Assembly (NCBI GenBank): GCA_947500135.1
Contig: CANMQX010000004.1
Coordinates: 411,442 to 475,441, forward strand
Length of the DNA stretch: 64,000 nt
DNA from: an uncultured Rhodobacteraceae bacterium
Lineage (GTDB): Bacteria; Pseudomonadota; Alphaproteobacteria; Rhodobacterales; Rhodobacteraceae
Reading direction: 5' to 3'
Made by a program: the position numbers and the translations under genes. The notes under the pieces were generated by a model, which made no database searches, was not told the DNA's origin, and was given only the letters and a program-made list of their open reading frames with translations. Each line of letters begins with the position of its first letter. Position 1 is the first letter of the stretch. Shown piece after piece: positions 48,690-58,322 of this stretch.

Positions 48690-50767
48690 AGGCGCTCTCC
48701 TTCCAACACCCACATGCGTTCGGGAAAGGACCATGGCAATGTCACGCCGTGGCGCATCAGATAGGTGCCGGTCACCTCAATCGCCTGCGATTTCAGGATC
48801 GGATTGCCGCGCGACAGGCGCGGCGCGCTTTCGCGATTGATCAGGCGCACACGATACGTGGCGTCGCGGTCAAGTGCCGTCAGGCGCAGTGGGCGCGGTG
48901 CGATCTGCGCACTGGTCGCGGCCTTACCTGCAAAAACGACAAAGCGGTTCTTATCACGCGCCAGTTGCTGTTCGGCCATCACGGCGGGGTCGGCGCTGTC
49001 CAGCCGCAGGATATCGGCGTGGTGCAACCAGTGGCGGTGATGTTTCCACCAGCTTGTGACCTCTTTCAAAACAGCGGTTTCGCGTGGGTCAAGCTCGCGC
49101 GGATCCATCTCAAATCCCATATGGCGCTGGGCGGCGACCCAGGCACGAAAGCTGATATCAAGCGTGCGGCCAGATGTATGGCAGACACGCGGCCCAACAT
49201 GGGACCCGGTAACGGCCAATGGCAGGAACAAGGCCGCATCATGCTGAATACGCAGCCGTTCCAATGCATCGTTGCTATCAGACAGCCAGACCCGCTGGGT
49301 CCGTTCCAGAATGCCAAAATCGATGCGGCCGCCGCCGGATGCGCAGCTTTCAATTTCCACATGTGGGAAATCGGCGCGCAGCCGGTCAATCAAGGCATAG
49401 GACCCGCGGGTCTGTGCCGCATCCGGCATCGGCAGGACCCGGTTATGATCCCATTTGATATAGTCGATCTTATGATCCCGCAGGATCGCTGACATCCGGT
49501 CATACAGGAAATCACGCACCGCAGGCAGCGCCATGTTCAGGGCCTTTTGCTGACGGCCCAGCGTCTGGTCCTCCGCTCCAAAGACCCAATCAGGATGGGC
49601 GCGGTGGATGTCACTGTCTTCGTTGATCATCTCAGGCTCGAACCAGATGCCAAATGTCATATCAAGCGAATGCACATGGTCGATCAGCGGGTGCAGCCCA
49701 TCGGGATATTTACGGGGATCAACCTCCCAATCCGACAAGGACCGCGTGTCATCGTCGCGATTGCCAAACCAACCATCATCCAGCACAAACCGTTCCGCGC
49801 CCAGTTCCGCCGCGCGGTCGGCGATATCCTGCAAGACGGGCAGTTTGTGATCGAAATAAACCGCCTCCCAGCAATTGTAATGCACTGGGCGGGGGGCGCT
49901 GGGCTTGGGCCAGGTGATGACGCGGTCGCGCAGATGGCGTTGAAACGCGACAGCGCAGCCGTTCAACCCACGGTCCGAATAGGCGATATAAAGGGGGGCG
50001 GTTTTGAACTGCGTCGCCGCTTCGGTTTCCATGCGCGCGGCATGACCCCATTGGATCTGGCGGCGCCCATCCTGCAATTCCTCAGCGATCATTTTGTGAC
50101 CACCGGACCAGCCGTAGTGGAAGGCATAAGCCTCGCCTTCGGTATTGGTGGCACCCCGGCAAGGCACAATCAGGCCGGGGAAATGTTCATGGCCGGTGCG
50201 GCCTGTCCGGTTTTCGCGATAACGCATTCCCGGTGCCCAGGCGGTGCGGGACAGCTGAAATTCGCCACACCAACGGCCTGACACATCGATCATCTCATCC
50301 GATTGTTGCGGGCCGGGCAGGACGGGGGCAGCCAGCCAATGCAGATGCACTGGGCGGGTCGCGTCCAGCGTGGTCTGGCAAGTGATGATCCGGGTTTCGG
50401 TATCGCTGACGAAACTGACCGTCAGGGTCAGGCCATTGGCCTTGTCGGCATAGGTCAGGACCAGCGTGCCGTTCTGTTCGGCGCTTTCAAAACAGAACTT
50501 TGGCAAGAGCGGCGTGCCATCGGTATCGCGCACGATCAGACCGGGCTGACCGGGGAAGCTGCGCGTGGCTTCAGGACAGATCGATAGATCGGGATTTTCG
50601 TCCAGCATACCGCCTGTGACATCAATGACATTGGCGGCATGCAGCGTGTTCAGGTCCTCACCATCCGGCAGGACAGCGCCCCAATAAACCACCTCAGGCA
50701 GGCGGTCGTTTCTGGCCGCCAGAACAAGTGTCTGGCGGCCATCGTCGATACGATACGTGCGATTCAT
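48686..50767 (-). CDS. Alpha-galactosidase, GH36
   Basis: FVLDDGWF, FGIWFEPEM, YIKWDHNR, SCASGGGR, VWLSDSND. Confidence 0.93.
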   Translation of the reverse strand: MNRTYRIDDGRQTLVLAARNDRLPEVVYWGAVLPDGEDLNTLHAANVIDVTGGMLDENPDLSICPEATRSFPGQPGLIVRDTDGTPLLPKFCFESAEQNGTLVLTYADKANGLTLTVSFVSDTETRIITCQTTLDATRPVHLHWLAAPVLPGPQQSDEMIDVSGRWCGEFQLSRTAWAPGMRYRENRTGRTGHEHFPGLIVPCRGATNTEGEAYAFHYGWSGGHKMIAEELQDGRRQIQWGHAARMETEAATQFKTAPLYIAYSDRGLNGCAVAFQRHLRDRVITWPKPSAPRPVHYNCWEAVYFDHKLPVLQDIADRAAELGAERFVLDDGWFGNRDDDTRSLSDWEVDPRKYPDGLHPLIDHVHSLDMTFGIWFEPEMINEDSDIHRAHPDWVFGAEDQTLGRQQKALNMALPAVRDFLYDRMSAILRDHKIDYIKWDHNRVLPMPDAAQTRGSYALIDRLRADFPHVEIESCASGGGRIDFGILERTQRVWLSDSNDALERLRIQHDAALFLPLAVTGSHVGPRVCHTSGRTLDISFRAWVAAQRHMGFEMDPRELDPRETAVLKEVTSWWKHHRHWLHHADILRLDSADPAVMAEQQLARDKNRFVVFAGKAATSAQIAPRPLRLTALDRDATYRVRLINRESAPRLSRGNPILKSQAIEVTGTYLMRHGVTLPWSFPERMWVLEGERL

Positions 50768-50774
50768 GGATATC

Positions 50775-51623
50775 TTACTTTACGGCCCCGAGGGTCAGAC
50801 CCGCGATAAAGTGTTTCTGCATCAGAAAGAACATCGCAACGGGGGGAAGGGCGGCAACAATGGAACCCGCGCTCATCAGGTGATAGGCGGCGCGGAACTG
50901 CGAATTGAACTCTGTAATCCCGGCGGTGACCGGCTGGGCATCGGGGCCTTGGGTCAGGACGACGGCCCAGAAGTAATCATTCCAGATGAAGGTAAAGATC
51001 AGGACAGCCAAGGCGGCCAAGGCAGGCTTCATCAGGGGCAAAACGACATAAAGGAAGATGCGCCATTCCGCGACGCCTTCCACCCGCGCCGCCTCAATCA
51101 GCGGGAAGGGCAGGGCGCGGATAAAGTTGCGCATGAAGAGGGTGCAGAACCCGGTCTGGAACGCCACGTGGAACAGAACCAGCCCCAGTTTAGTGTCATA
51201 CAGGTTCATGCTGACGGTCAGATCGCGGACTGGGACCATCAGGATCTGGAAGGGAACAAAGTTGCCCGCGATAAAGATGAAAAAGATCAACAGGTTGCCA
51301 CGGAACTTGTAAACCCCCAAGGCGAAACCGGCCATGCAAGACAGGGCGACCGCACCAATCACCGTCGGAATGGTGATCAGAAGTGAGTTCAGCAAATAGC
51401 GCGGCATGTTCGATTCAAAGAATACCTTGCCGTAATTGGTGAAGGCCTCAAAACTGCTGGGAACGCCCCAATAGTTCCCATTGGTGAAATCGGCATCCGG
51501 CTTGATCGAGAAGAGGGCGACAGCCAGCAGCGGCAACAACCACAGGATCAAGGCAAAGGGCAGGAACGCCTGATAGGTGATTTGCGCGGAACGCGGGCGT
51601 TTTTCAATCGGTGTTGGGAACAT
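50775..51623 (-). CDS. Carbohydrate ABC transporter permease
   Basis: LIEAARVEG, FIWNDYFW, LMSAGSIVAALP. Confidence 0.92.
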   Translation of the reverse strand: MFPTPIEKRPRSAQITYQAFLPFALILWLLPLLAVALFSIKPDADFTNGNYWGVPSSFEAFTNYGKVFFESNMPRYLLNSLLITIPTVIGAVALSCMAGFALGVYKFRGNLLIFFIFIAGNFVPFQILMVPVRDLTVSMNLYDTKLGLVLFHVAFQTGFCTLFMRNFIRALPFPLIEAARVEGVAEWRIFLYVVLPLMKPALAALAVLIFTFIWNDYFWAVVLTQGPDAQPVTAGITEFNSQFRAAYHLMSAGSIVAALPPVAMFFLMQKHFIAGLTLGAVK

Positions 51624-51635
51624 CTCAGACCTCCG

Positions 51636-51704
51636 CCGTCCCGGACTTGACCCGGGATATCAAGTTGGCATTGACGTGGAGGTCCCGGGTCAAGCCCGGG
51701 ACGG
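51636..51704. repeat. Inverted doublet of the CGTCCCGGRCTTGAYCCGGGA repeat
   Basis: 22-bp inverted repeat with 1 mismatch (51636-51657 and 51683-51704). Same unit at 57390-57450. Confidence 0.8.
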
Positions 51705-51719
51705 GTGCGATATTTGCCA

Positions 51720-52649
51720 TCAGCGCGCTCCCTTTTCATCTTGGTACATGGACCATAAGAAGTAGACGATAAAACCCAGCATGATGAAGAACAGGACCAC
51801 GGCAATGGCCGCCCCGTATCCCATGCGGAAGCCGAATTCGGACAGGGACTCTTCAAACATGTAGAATGACAGGACCCTTGTGGACCCAAACGGGCCACCA
51901 TTGGTCATCACGCTGATCAGATCGAATGACCGCAGCGCACCAATGATTGTCACGACAAAGGCGATAAATGTGGCGGGCTTCAGCTGGGGCAGGATCACAT
52001 ACCAAAGCATCTTGCGGCCCTTGGCACCGTCGAGGCGCGCGGCCTCGACCTGTTCTGGGTCCACCGCGTTCAAGCCTGTCAGGTACAGGATCATGCAATA
52101 GGCCGTTTGTGGCCAAAGGCCTGCGGCGATAATGCCGTAGGTGGCTGTGTTCGGGTTGCCCAGAACGCCGCCACTGACATCGATACCGAACCAGCCGGTG
52201 ATCACATCAAACAGCCCGTCATTGGGCAGGTAGAACCATGAAAACACCAGACCAACAACAACCTGTGAAATCACGAAGGGAAAGAAAAACAGCGATTTGT
52301 AAAGGCGAATGCCAAACACCGTCTGGTTCAGGAACAGGGCGATAAACAGGCCCGCCGGGATCGCCAGCAGATAAAGAACCAGCCAACGCAAGTTGTTCCA
52401 GAACGACACCTCGAACTTGCGGTCAACATTCTGATCACCGATGCCAAGCAGGCGTTCGTAATTGGCCGTCCCCACCCAGGTCTTGTCGCCCAACCCGTCC
52501 CATTGATGGAACGAAATCCAGAAGGATTGGCCGATCGGGATGATCACATAAACTGCGAAAAACAACATGGCGGGCAGCAGAAAAAGCCATGGCGTAATGG
52601 CAATCTCGTTGCGTTTATACCAGCCGCGATTGGTATCTGCTGAGGACAT
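51720..52649 (-). CDS. Carbohydrate ABC transporter permease
   Basis: QVEAARLDGA, GGPFGSTRVL, MGYGAAIAVVLF. Confidence 0.92.
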   Translation of the reverse strand: MSSADTNRGWYKRNEIAITPWLFLLPAMLFFAVYVIIPIGQSFWISFHQWDGLGDKTWVGTANYERLLGIGDQNVDRKFEVSFWNNLRWLVLYLLAIPAGLFIALFLNQTVFGIRLYKSLFFFPFVISQVVVGLVFSWFYLPNDGLFDVITGWFGIDVSGGVLGNPNTATYGIIAAGLWPQTAYCMILYLTGLNAVDPEQVEAARLDGAKGRKMLWYVILPQLKPATFIAFVVTIIGALRSFDLISVMTNGGPFGSTRVLSFYMFEESLSEFGFRMGYGAAIAVVLFFIMLGFIVYFLWSMYQDEKGAR

Positions 52650-52713
52650 GTCTTTGGTTCCCTTCGGATCAACACATGCGAAAAGCCATTAGGCCTTGCG
52701 GATGGGTTGGTAA

Positions 52714-52774
52714 TTGCATCCGTCTTTTGGCAAGACGGATGCAACGGCGTAAGATGGGTTTAAACCCATCTTAC
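52714..52774. repeat. 13-bp-stem hairpin followed by copy 2 of the GTAAGATGGGTTTAAACCCATCTTAC palindrome
   Basis: TTGCATCCGTCTT-N5-AAGACGGATGCAA (52714-52744) and the palindrome at 52749-52774, between the binding-protein gene and the permease. Confidence 0.8.
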
Positions 52775-52778
52775 CTGT

Positions 52779-54041
52779 TTACTGATAGATGCGCTGACGT
52801 GTCTCTTCCAGACGCGCCAGGATGTCTTCCAGATTGTCCGGGAACACCATGAACTCTTGCAGGCCTTCCATACCAACCGATGCCATCTCAGCCGAGAAGT
52901 CACGGTCAAAGAACTGCATGATGCCGCCATTTGCATTGCTCGACAGCATCTCAAAGCCCTGCTCCAGGAACTTGTCGTTGTCGATGGATGCATTGGCATT
53001 CACAGGCAGCTGACCCAGCGCTTCACCGCCGTTGATCTCGGTCTGAACCTCAGCCGATGTCACAAAACGCAGGAATTCCTTCGCGGCGTCCATGTTCTGC
53101 GCACCCGATGCGATATGGAACGTATCGGTGGGCGCGTCTTCTGCATAATCAACATCAGCATTGATGACGGGGAATTGGTAGAAGTCCAACTGATCGTCAG
53201 TCAAGCCACCATCACGCATCGCGGCAACCGCAAAGTTACCCATCAGGTAAGATGCCGCTTCGCCATTCAGCATGAAGGGCAAGGCTTCCTGCCAGCTGAA
53301 GTTCTGGTGATCATCGATAAAGGCACCCATATCGATCAGCTGGCGCCAGTTGGCGAATGTCTGACGGACGCGATCATCTGTCCACTCAACCTCGCCACGG
53401 GCCAGCGCGATGTGGAAATCATAGCCGTTGGTGCGCGAGTTGATGTAGTCGAACCAGCCGCCGGCGGTCCACAGGAACTTTGTGCCGATGGTGTAGCACT
53501 TCACGCCATTGTCCAGCAGTGTCTGGCAATTGGCGATTTCTTCTTCCCAGTTGGAAGGCTCTGACAGACCATATTGGTCAAAGATGTCTTTGCGGTAGTA
53601 AACGCCCCACTGGTAGTAGGTATAAGGCACGCCCCACTGTTTGTCGTCCAGGGTCATCGCACCTTTTGTCGATGCAAGCGCTTCAAACTCAGGCTCTGCC
53701 CAAAGGTCAGAGATATCGGCAAACAGGCCAGCATCCACATAAGGACGCATCCGGTTCGCAGCATACCAGTTCACCACGTCGGGTGGGTTTGCGCCCAGCG
53801 CGTTACGGATCTGGGTTTTCCAGGCCTCGCGGTCAACGATTGTCAGGTCGATCTCCAGCTCGGGGTGCAACGCACCGAAATCTTCGACCAGACCTTCCAT
53901 CACAGCACGGGGCGCCGGGTTTGACATGTCCGAGATGATCTTGAGTTCGCCAGAGAGCGCGTGCCCGTCAGCGAAAGCGGATGATGCTGTCACGCCAGCA
54001 GCAACCAACGTCGCAAGCGACGTCTTGAGAATGGAATGCAT
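52779..54041 (-). CDS. Carbohydrate ABC transporter solute-binding protein (galactoside uptake)
   Basis: Signal peptide, DREAWKTQIRN, GVPYTYYQWG, QFFDRD. GGGAGG RBS before 54041. Confidence 0.9.
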   Translation of the reverse strand: MHSILKTSLATLVAAGVTASSAFADGHALSGELKIISDMSNPAPRAVMEGLVEDFGALHPELEIDLTIVDREAWKTQIRNALGANPPDVVNWYAANRMRPYVDAGLFADISDLWAEPEFEALASTKGAMTLDDKQWGVPYTYYQWGVYYRKDIFDQYGLSEPSNWEEEIANCQTLLDNGVKCYTIGTKFLWTAGGWFDYINSRTNGYDFHIALARGEVEWTDDRVRQTFANWRQLIDMGAFIDDHQNFSWQEALPFMLNGEAASYLMGNFAVAAMRDGGLTDDQLDFYQFPVINADVDYAEDAPTDTFHIASGAQNMDAAKEFLRFVTSAEVQTEINGGEALGQLPVNANASIDNDKFLEQGFEMLSSNANGGIMQFFDRDFSAEMASVGMEGLQEFMVFPDNLEDILARLEETRQRIYQ

Positions 54042-54084
54042 GGTGTCCTCCCAGTATGCTTCCTTCATGAAAACCTTGTTCCAT

Positions 54085-54107
54085 TATTTGAAACTTGGTT
54101 TTGGATA
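54085..54107. promoter_or_regulatory. Possible IclR/KdgR-like operator
   Basis: TATTTGAAAC-TTG-GTTTTGGATA, a partial palindrome resembling GAAAC-N3-GTTTC, in the divergent promoter region. Confidence 0.3.
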
Positions 54108-54204
54108 TTGATACTAAACCGCGACTCGGCTAGCCTTGTCAACAGTCCAAGGCTGCACCGATGAGGAGATTGGTGTCAAAACCCGCGATGGACAGGGAGG
54201 AAAC

Positions 54205-55008
54205 ATGGGACATGTGACCGGTGACGGCACAGTCGGTAAAGCACTCGCCGTGCTGGATCAGGTGGCCGCATTCGGACGCCCGGTGCGGTTCAGCGAATTG
54301 CTTGCCCAGTCGGATTTCCCCAAACCCACGCTTTACCGTTTTGTGCAGACACTGACCAATCAGCAGATGCTGGCCTATGACCCTGACAGGCAAACCTATG
54401 CGCCCGGCGTCAGGCTGGTGCGGCTGGCCCATGCGGCCTGGGAACAATCGACCCTGGCCCCGGTGGCGCGGCCACATGTGGATGCGCTTAGCAAGGCCGT
54501 TGGCGAAACGGTGCATCTGGCGCAGCTTGATAATGCGCAGGTGCTTTACATTGATAAACGCAACGCGGCCAATCCTGTGCAAATGTACAGTCAGGCGGGC
54601 AAGGTCGGCCCGGCCTATTGCACCGGCGTGGGCAAGGTCATGCTGGCCTTTCTGGATGATGCAGCGACCGAAAAAGTGATTGCCCAGCAGTCCTTTCACG
54701 TCTTTACCGAATACACGCTGGCAGACGCAGATGCGCTGCGCCATGAACTCGAAGAAATCCGCGCCCATGGCTACGGGTTCGACCGGGAAGAACATGAACC
54801 GGGGATCATCTGTATCGCCATGCCGATCCTGTCCGAAGGCGGGCGGGTCCTGGGGGCGCTTTCGGTGACCAGCACGACAAATCGCACCAACCTTGCAGGG
54901 CTGGAGGCGTATGAGCCTGTCCTGCGTGAAACGGCTGCAAAAATCGCAAGGGATGCCCAGAATTGGAGCTTCCCGGATTACGAAACAAAAGAAGCAACGG
55001 GGATATAA
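54205..55008 (+). CDS. IclR family transcriptional regulator
   Basis: N-terminal HTH (PKPTLYRFVQTL), ETVHLA, YCTGVGK, FDREEHEPGIICIA. Confidence 0.92.
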   Translation: MGHVTGDGTVGKALAVLDQVAAFGRPVRFSELLAQSDFPKPTLYRFVQTLTNQQMLAYDPDRQTYAPGVRLVRLAHAAWEQSTLAPVARPHVDALSKAVGETVHLAQLDNAQVLYIDKRNAANPVQMYSQAGKVGPAYCTGVGKVMLAFLDDAATEKVIAQQSFHVFTEYTLADADALRHELEEIRAHGYGFDREEHEPGIICIAMPILSEGGRVLGALSVTSTTNRTNLAGLEAYEPVLRETAAKIARDAQNWSFPDYETKEATGI

Positions 55009-55011
55009 GCC

Positions 55012-56073
55012 ATGTCAGGTGTTACGCTGAACAAAGTGATCAAGCGCTACGGCGATGTGCAGGTCATCCACGGGATTGATCTGGAAATCAACGATGGCGA
55101 GTTCTGCGTCTTCGTGGGGCCGTCAGGTTGCGGCAAATCTACGCTGCTGCGGATGGTCGCAGGGCTTGAGGAGACCACTGACGGTCAGGTCAATATCGGC
55201 ACCCGTGATGTGACCCGCATGGACCCGTCCGAACGGGGTGTGGCCATGGTGTTCCAGACCTACGCGCTTTATCCGCATATGACGGTGAAGGATAATATGG
55301 GGTTTGGCCTGAAAATGAACGGGCACCCCAAGGCAGAGATTGAAAAGAAAGTCGCCGAAGCGACCCGGATCCTGAAACTGGAAGACTATCTGGATCGCAA
55401 ACCCTCTGCCCTGTCAGGCGGGCAGCGGCAGCGGGTCTCTATCGGGCGGGCCATTGTCCGCGGCCCCGAGGTATTTTTGTTTGACGAACCACTGTCGAAC
55501 CTCGACGCGGAATTGCGGGTCGAGATGCGCGTCGAAATTGCGCGCCTGCACAAAGAAATCGGCGCAACGATGATCTATGTGACCCATGATCAGGTCGAAG
55601 CGATGACGCTGGCTGACAAGATCGTCGTGCTGCGTCTGGGCAATATCGAACAGGTTGGCGCGCCGATGGACCTTTATCGTGATCCCGACAACAAATTCGT
55701 GGCGGGCTTCATCGGATCGCCCGCGATGAACTTTGTGGATGGGGTCGCCAATGGCGGCAATATCAGCGCGCCGGGGCTGGGTGCCAGTTTCGACGGGCTG
55801 ATCAGCACAGCCTATAACGGTAAGGCGGTCAGCGTGGGCGCACGCCCTGAACACATCACCATTGATCCCAATGGCGATACGCATGTTGTCGAAATGACCG
55901 AAAGCCTAGGCGGGGTGTCCTTTGCCTATCTGGCTAGCGATACCGGCGAACGCGTCATCGTGGAAGAACGGGGCGATGAAAGGTCTGCCGAAGGGGCGAA
56001 AGTGGGTATTCACATCGACGCCTCGCGCATCTATCTCTTCGACGCAGAAACAGAAGCGCGCATTCGCAGCTAG
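55012..56073 (+). CDS. Sugar ABC transporter ATP-binding protein (probable ATPase of the galactoside transporter)
   Basis: [27 protein letters not shown]. Confidence 0.94.
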   Translation: MSGVTLNKVIKRYGDVQVIHGIDLEINDGEFCVFVGPSGCGKSTLLRMVAGLEETTDGQVNIGTRDVTRMDPSERGVAMVFQTYALYPHMTVKDNMGFGLKMNGHPKAEIEKKVAEATRILKLEDYLDRKPSALSGGQRQRVSIGRAIVRGPEVFLFDEPLSNLDAELRVEMRVEIARLHKEIGATMIYVTHDQVEAMTLADKIVVLRLGNIEQVGAPMDLYRDPDNKFVAGFIGSPAMNFVDGVANGGNISAPGLGASFDGLISTAYNGKAVSVGARPEHITIDPNGDTHVVEMTESLGGVSFAYLASDTGERVIVEERGDERSAEGAKVGIHIDASRIYLFDAETEARIRS

Positions 56074-56074
56074 A

Positions 56075-56128
56075 GCGCCAGAATTTTTTAAAAATTCTGA
56101 GTAAAATTCTTTGAAAGAATTTTGGCGC
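56075..56128. repeat. AT-rich twin-hairpin element, copy 2
   Basis: CAGAATTTTT-T-AAAAATTCTG, then AAAATTCTTT-G-AAAGAATTTT, bounded by GCGCCA...TGGCGC. Confidence 0.7.
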
Positions 56129-56156
56129 AGGCCGCACCGGCGCATCATAAAAGGAA

Positions 56157-57374
56157 GTGCCGGTGACATTGCAAGCTGATGATATTCACGCCGCCTATGC
56201 GGCGATCAGATCGGCCACGATCCGCACGCCGACTGTGCCTGCCACCCGCTTGTCGCATCATCTTGGGATCGACCTTTACCTCAAGCTGGAAAACCTCCAG
56301 CACACCAATGCCTTCAAGGCGCGGGGCGCGCTGGCCAAGTTGTTGACGCTGTCGGATGAGGCCCGTGATCATGGTGTCATCGCCTGTAGTGCGGGCAATC
56401 ATGCACAAGGTGTCGCCTTTCACGCAACACGTCTGGGCATCCCATCCACCATCATCATGCCCGAGGGCACACCGTTCAACAAAATCCAGCGCACCAGCGA
56501 TCTGGGCGCCGAAGTTGTCATTCACGGGCAAGGCTTTGACGACAGTGTGCAATTCACCCTTGATCTGGCGGCAGAGCGGGGGATGACCTTTATCCACCCG
56601 TTTGATGACCCTCTGGTGGCTGCCGGGCAAGGCACTGTCGCGCTGGAGATGCTGGAACAGCAACCTGATCTTGATTGCATCGTGATCCCCGTCGGCGGTG
56701 GCGGGCTGATCGCGGGCATGGCGGTTGCGGCCAAATCCGTGAAACCGGGGATCGAGCTTATCGGCGCACAGGCCCATATCTTTGACGCGGCCAAGGCGCA
56801 TTTTGACGACGCTGCCCCCAATTTTGCCGGGGCAACACTGGCCGAGGGGATTGCCGTCCGCAAACCTGCGCCCGCCAATCTGGATATCATCAGAAAGCTG
56901 GTGGACCGCCTAGATAGTGCGACCGAAGCCGAAATTGAGCAGGCGGTTTTTGATCTGCTATCCTACGAGAAACTTGTCGCCGAGGGGGCGGCAGGTGCGG
57001 GGCTGGCGATCATCAAGAAACATCTTGACCAGTTTAAGGGCAAAAAGATCGGGCTGGTGATCTGCGGCGGCAATATCGACTCGCGCCTGCTATCAACGCT
57101 GATTGTACGCGGTTTGATGCGGGACGGGCGGATCACCCGGCTTGTGTTCGAGATTGACGATACACCCGGTCAGCTATCCACGATCTCGGGCATCATTGGC
57201 GATGCCGGGGCCAATGTCATCGAAGTGATCCACCAGCGGATGATGCAAAGCGTGTCGCTGAAACAGGCCGAGTTGGAAATCGTGATCGAGGCGCGTGATC
57301 AGGCCCATGTGGATAGCATTCTGGCCGTGCTGCGTGACGCTGGGCTGAAAGTCAGGGTGCCGCAGGATCTGTAA
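56157..57374 (+). CDS. Threonine ammonia-lyase (PLP) with C-terminal ACT domain. Start may be GTG 56163.
   Basis: KLENLQ.T.AFKARGA, SAGNHAQG, HPFDD, VPVGGGGLI, CGGNID. Confidence 0.9.
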   Translation: MPVTLQADDIHAAYAAIRSATIRTPTVPATRLSHHLGIDLYLKLENLQHTNAFKARGALAKLLTLSDEARDHGVIACSAGNHAQGVAFHATRLGIPSTIIMPEGTPFNKIQRTSDLGAEVVIHGQGFDDSVQFTLDLAAERGMTFIHPFDDPLVAAGQGTVALEMLEQQPDLDCIVIPVGGGGLIAGMAVAAKSVKPGIELIGAQAHIFDAAKAHFDDAAPNFAGATLAEGIAVRKPAPANLDIIRKLVDRLDSATEAEIEQAVFDLLSYEKLVAEGAAGAGLAIIKKHLDQFKGKKIGLVICGGNIDSRLLSTLIVRGLMRDGRITRLVFEIDDTPGQLSTISGIIGDAGANVIEVIHQRMMQSVSLKQAELEIVIEARDQAHVDSILAVLRDAGLKVRVPQDL

Positions 57375-57389
57375 ACGACAGGGAGGGAC

Positions 57390-57450
57390 CCCGGGTCAGG
57401 CCCGGGGCGTGTGTTTCACTGCTGCACGTCCCGGACTTGATCCGGGACCT
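57390..57450. repeat. Second doublet of the CCCGGRCTTGAYCCGGG repeat, outward orientation, between convergent genes
   Basis: CCCGGGTCAGGCCCGGGGCG and CGTCCCGGACTTGATCCGGGACCT. Confidence 0.75.
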
Positions 57451-58322
57451 CAGCGTTTCCCGTAATAAAGCCCGACAACGTGTTCGGCCTGTGCAAAGAA
57501 CAGCCAGCGCAGGGCCAGCACGCCCGCGATATGGCTGATCACGGCAAGCGCTGCGATCAGATGGTTCGACGCTAAAAGTAGCAGCACAACCGGCAGCACA
57601 AAGGCCAGCCCAATCGTGATGATCCGCAATTGGTCAGCATGTTTGCGGCCGACCACATGGATGAATTCGCGCATCAGGTAATTTGTGCCTGTATGCGGCG
57701 GCTCAAACGCGCGGACCTTGCCGATATGACCCAGCCCCGTTGCGCTTTCCATATCAGTGCCAGCTTCCACAAAACGCCGGTCGCCGGTGCCCCATGCAAA
57801 TATCTGCAGAACGCCGCCAACGATCAGCAGAACCGCTGCAATCTTGATTTGACCTGCCAGCAATGCGCCACCGCTAAGCGACAAGATCAGATACATCGCC
57901 GGGGTCGTCCAATGCCGCCAGCGTGGCACGGTTTTCATCTGGGCATAGATCATCGATGTGGTGAACACGACACCAAGTGATGCCAATCCGCCAACCACTC
58001 CAAACACACCCAGCCGGGTCCCGGCAAAAACCAACCCGGCCCCATAGATTGCCATGGTGATCAGAGCGAATACTGCGCAAATCCCTTCACGGCTGAGCCA
58101 GCTTGTCTTCCACTGGCTGAACGCCTTGATTGCACGTTCCGGATGGCCAAGGTGAAAGGTCGAGGCGATCAGCCCGCCAACGGCAAAAAGATAGGCGATG
58201 ACAAACCAGATGAACGCGGCCCAACCTGTGGGCACAAGGACACCCATGCCAAGCCAGAACAAAAGACCAAAGCCAAGGCCCGAAAACGTATTGAAAATGA
58301 TAACACTCGGTGCGGGATGCAT
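57450..58322 (-). CDS. soeC: Sulfite dehydrogenase membrane anchor (DmsC/NrfD-like)
   Basis: MHPAPS.IIF, HLGHPERA.KAFSQWKTSWLSREG, RWLFFAQAEHVV.LYYG. TAATG overlap with soeB. Confidence 0.85.
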   Translation of the reverse strand: MHPAPSVIIFNTFSGLGFGLLFWLGMGVLVPTGWAAFIWFVIAYLFAVGGLIASTFHLGHPERAIKAFSQWKTSWLSREGICAVFALITMAIYGAGLVFAGTRLGVFGVVGGLASLGVVFTTSMIYAQMKTVPRWRHWTTPAMYLILSLSGGALLAGQIKIAAVLLIVGGVLQIFAWGTGDRRFVEAGTDMESATGLGHIGKVRAFEPPHTGTNYLMREFIHVVGRKHADQLRIITIGLAFVLPVVLLLLASNHLIAALAVISHIAGVLALRWLFFAQAEHVVGLYYGKR

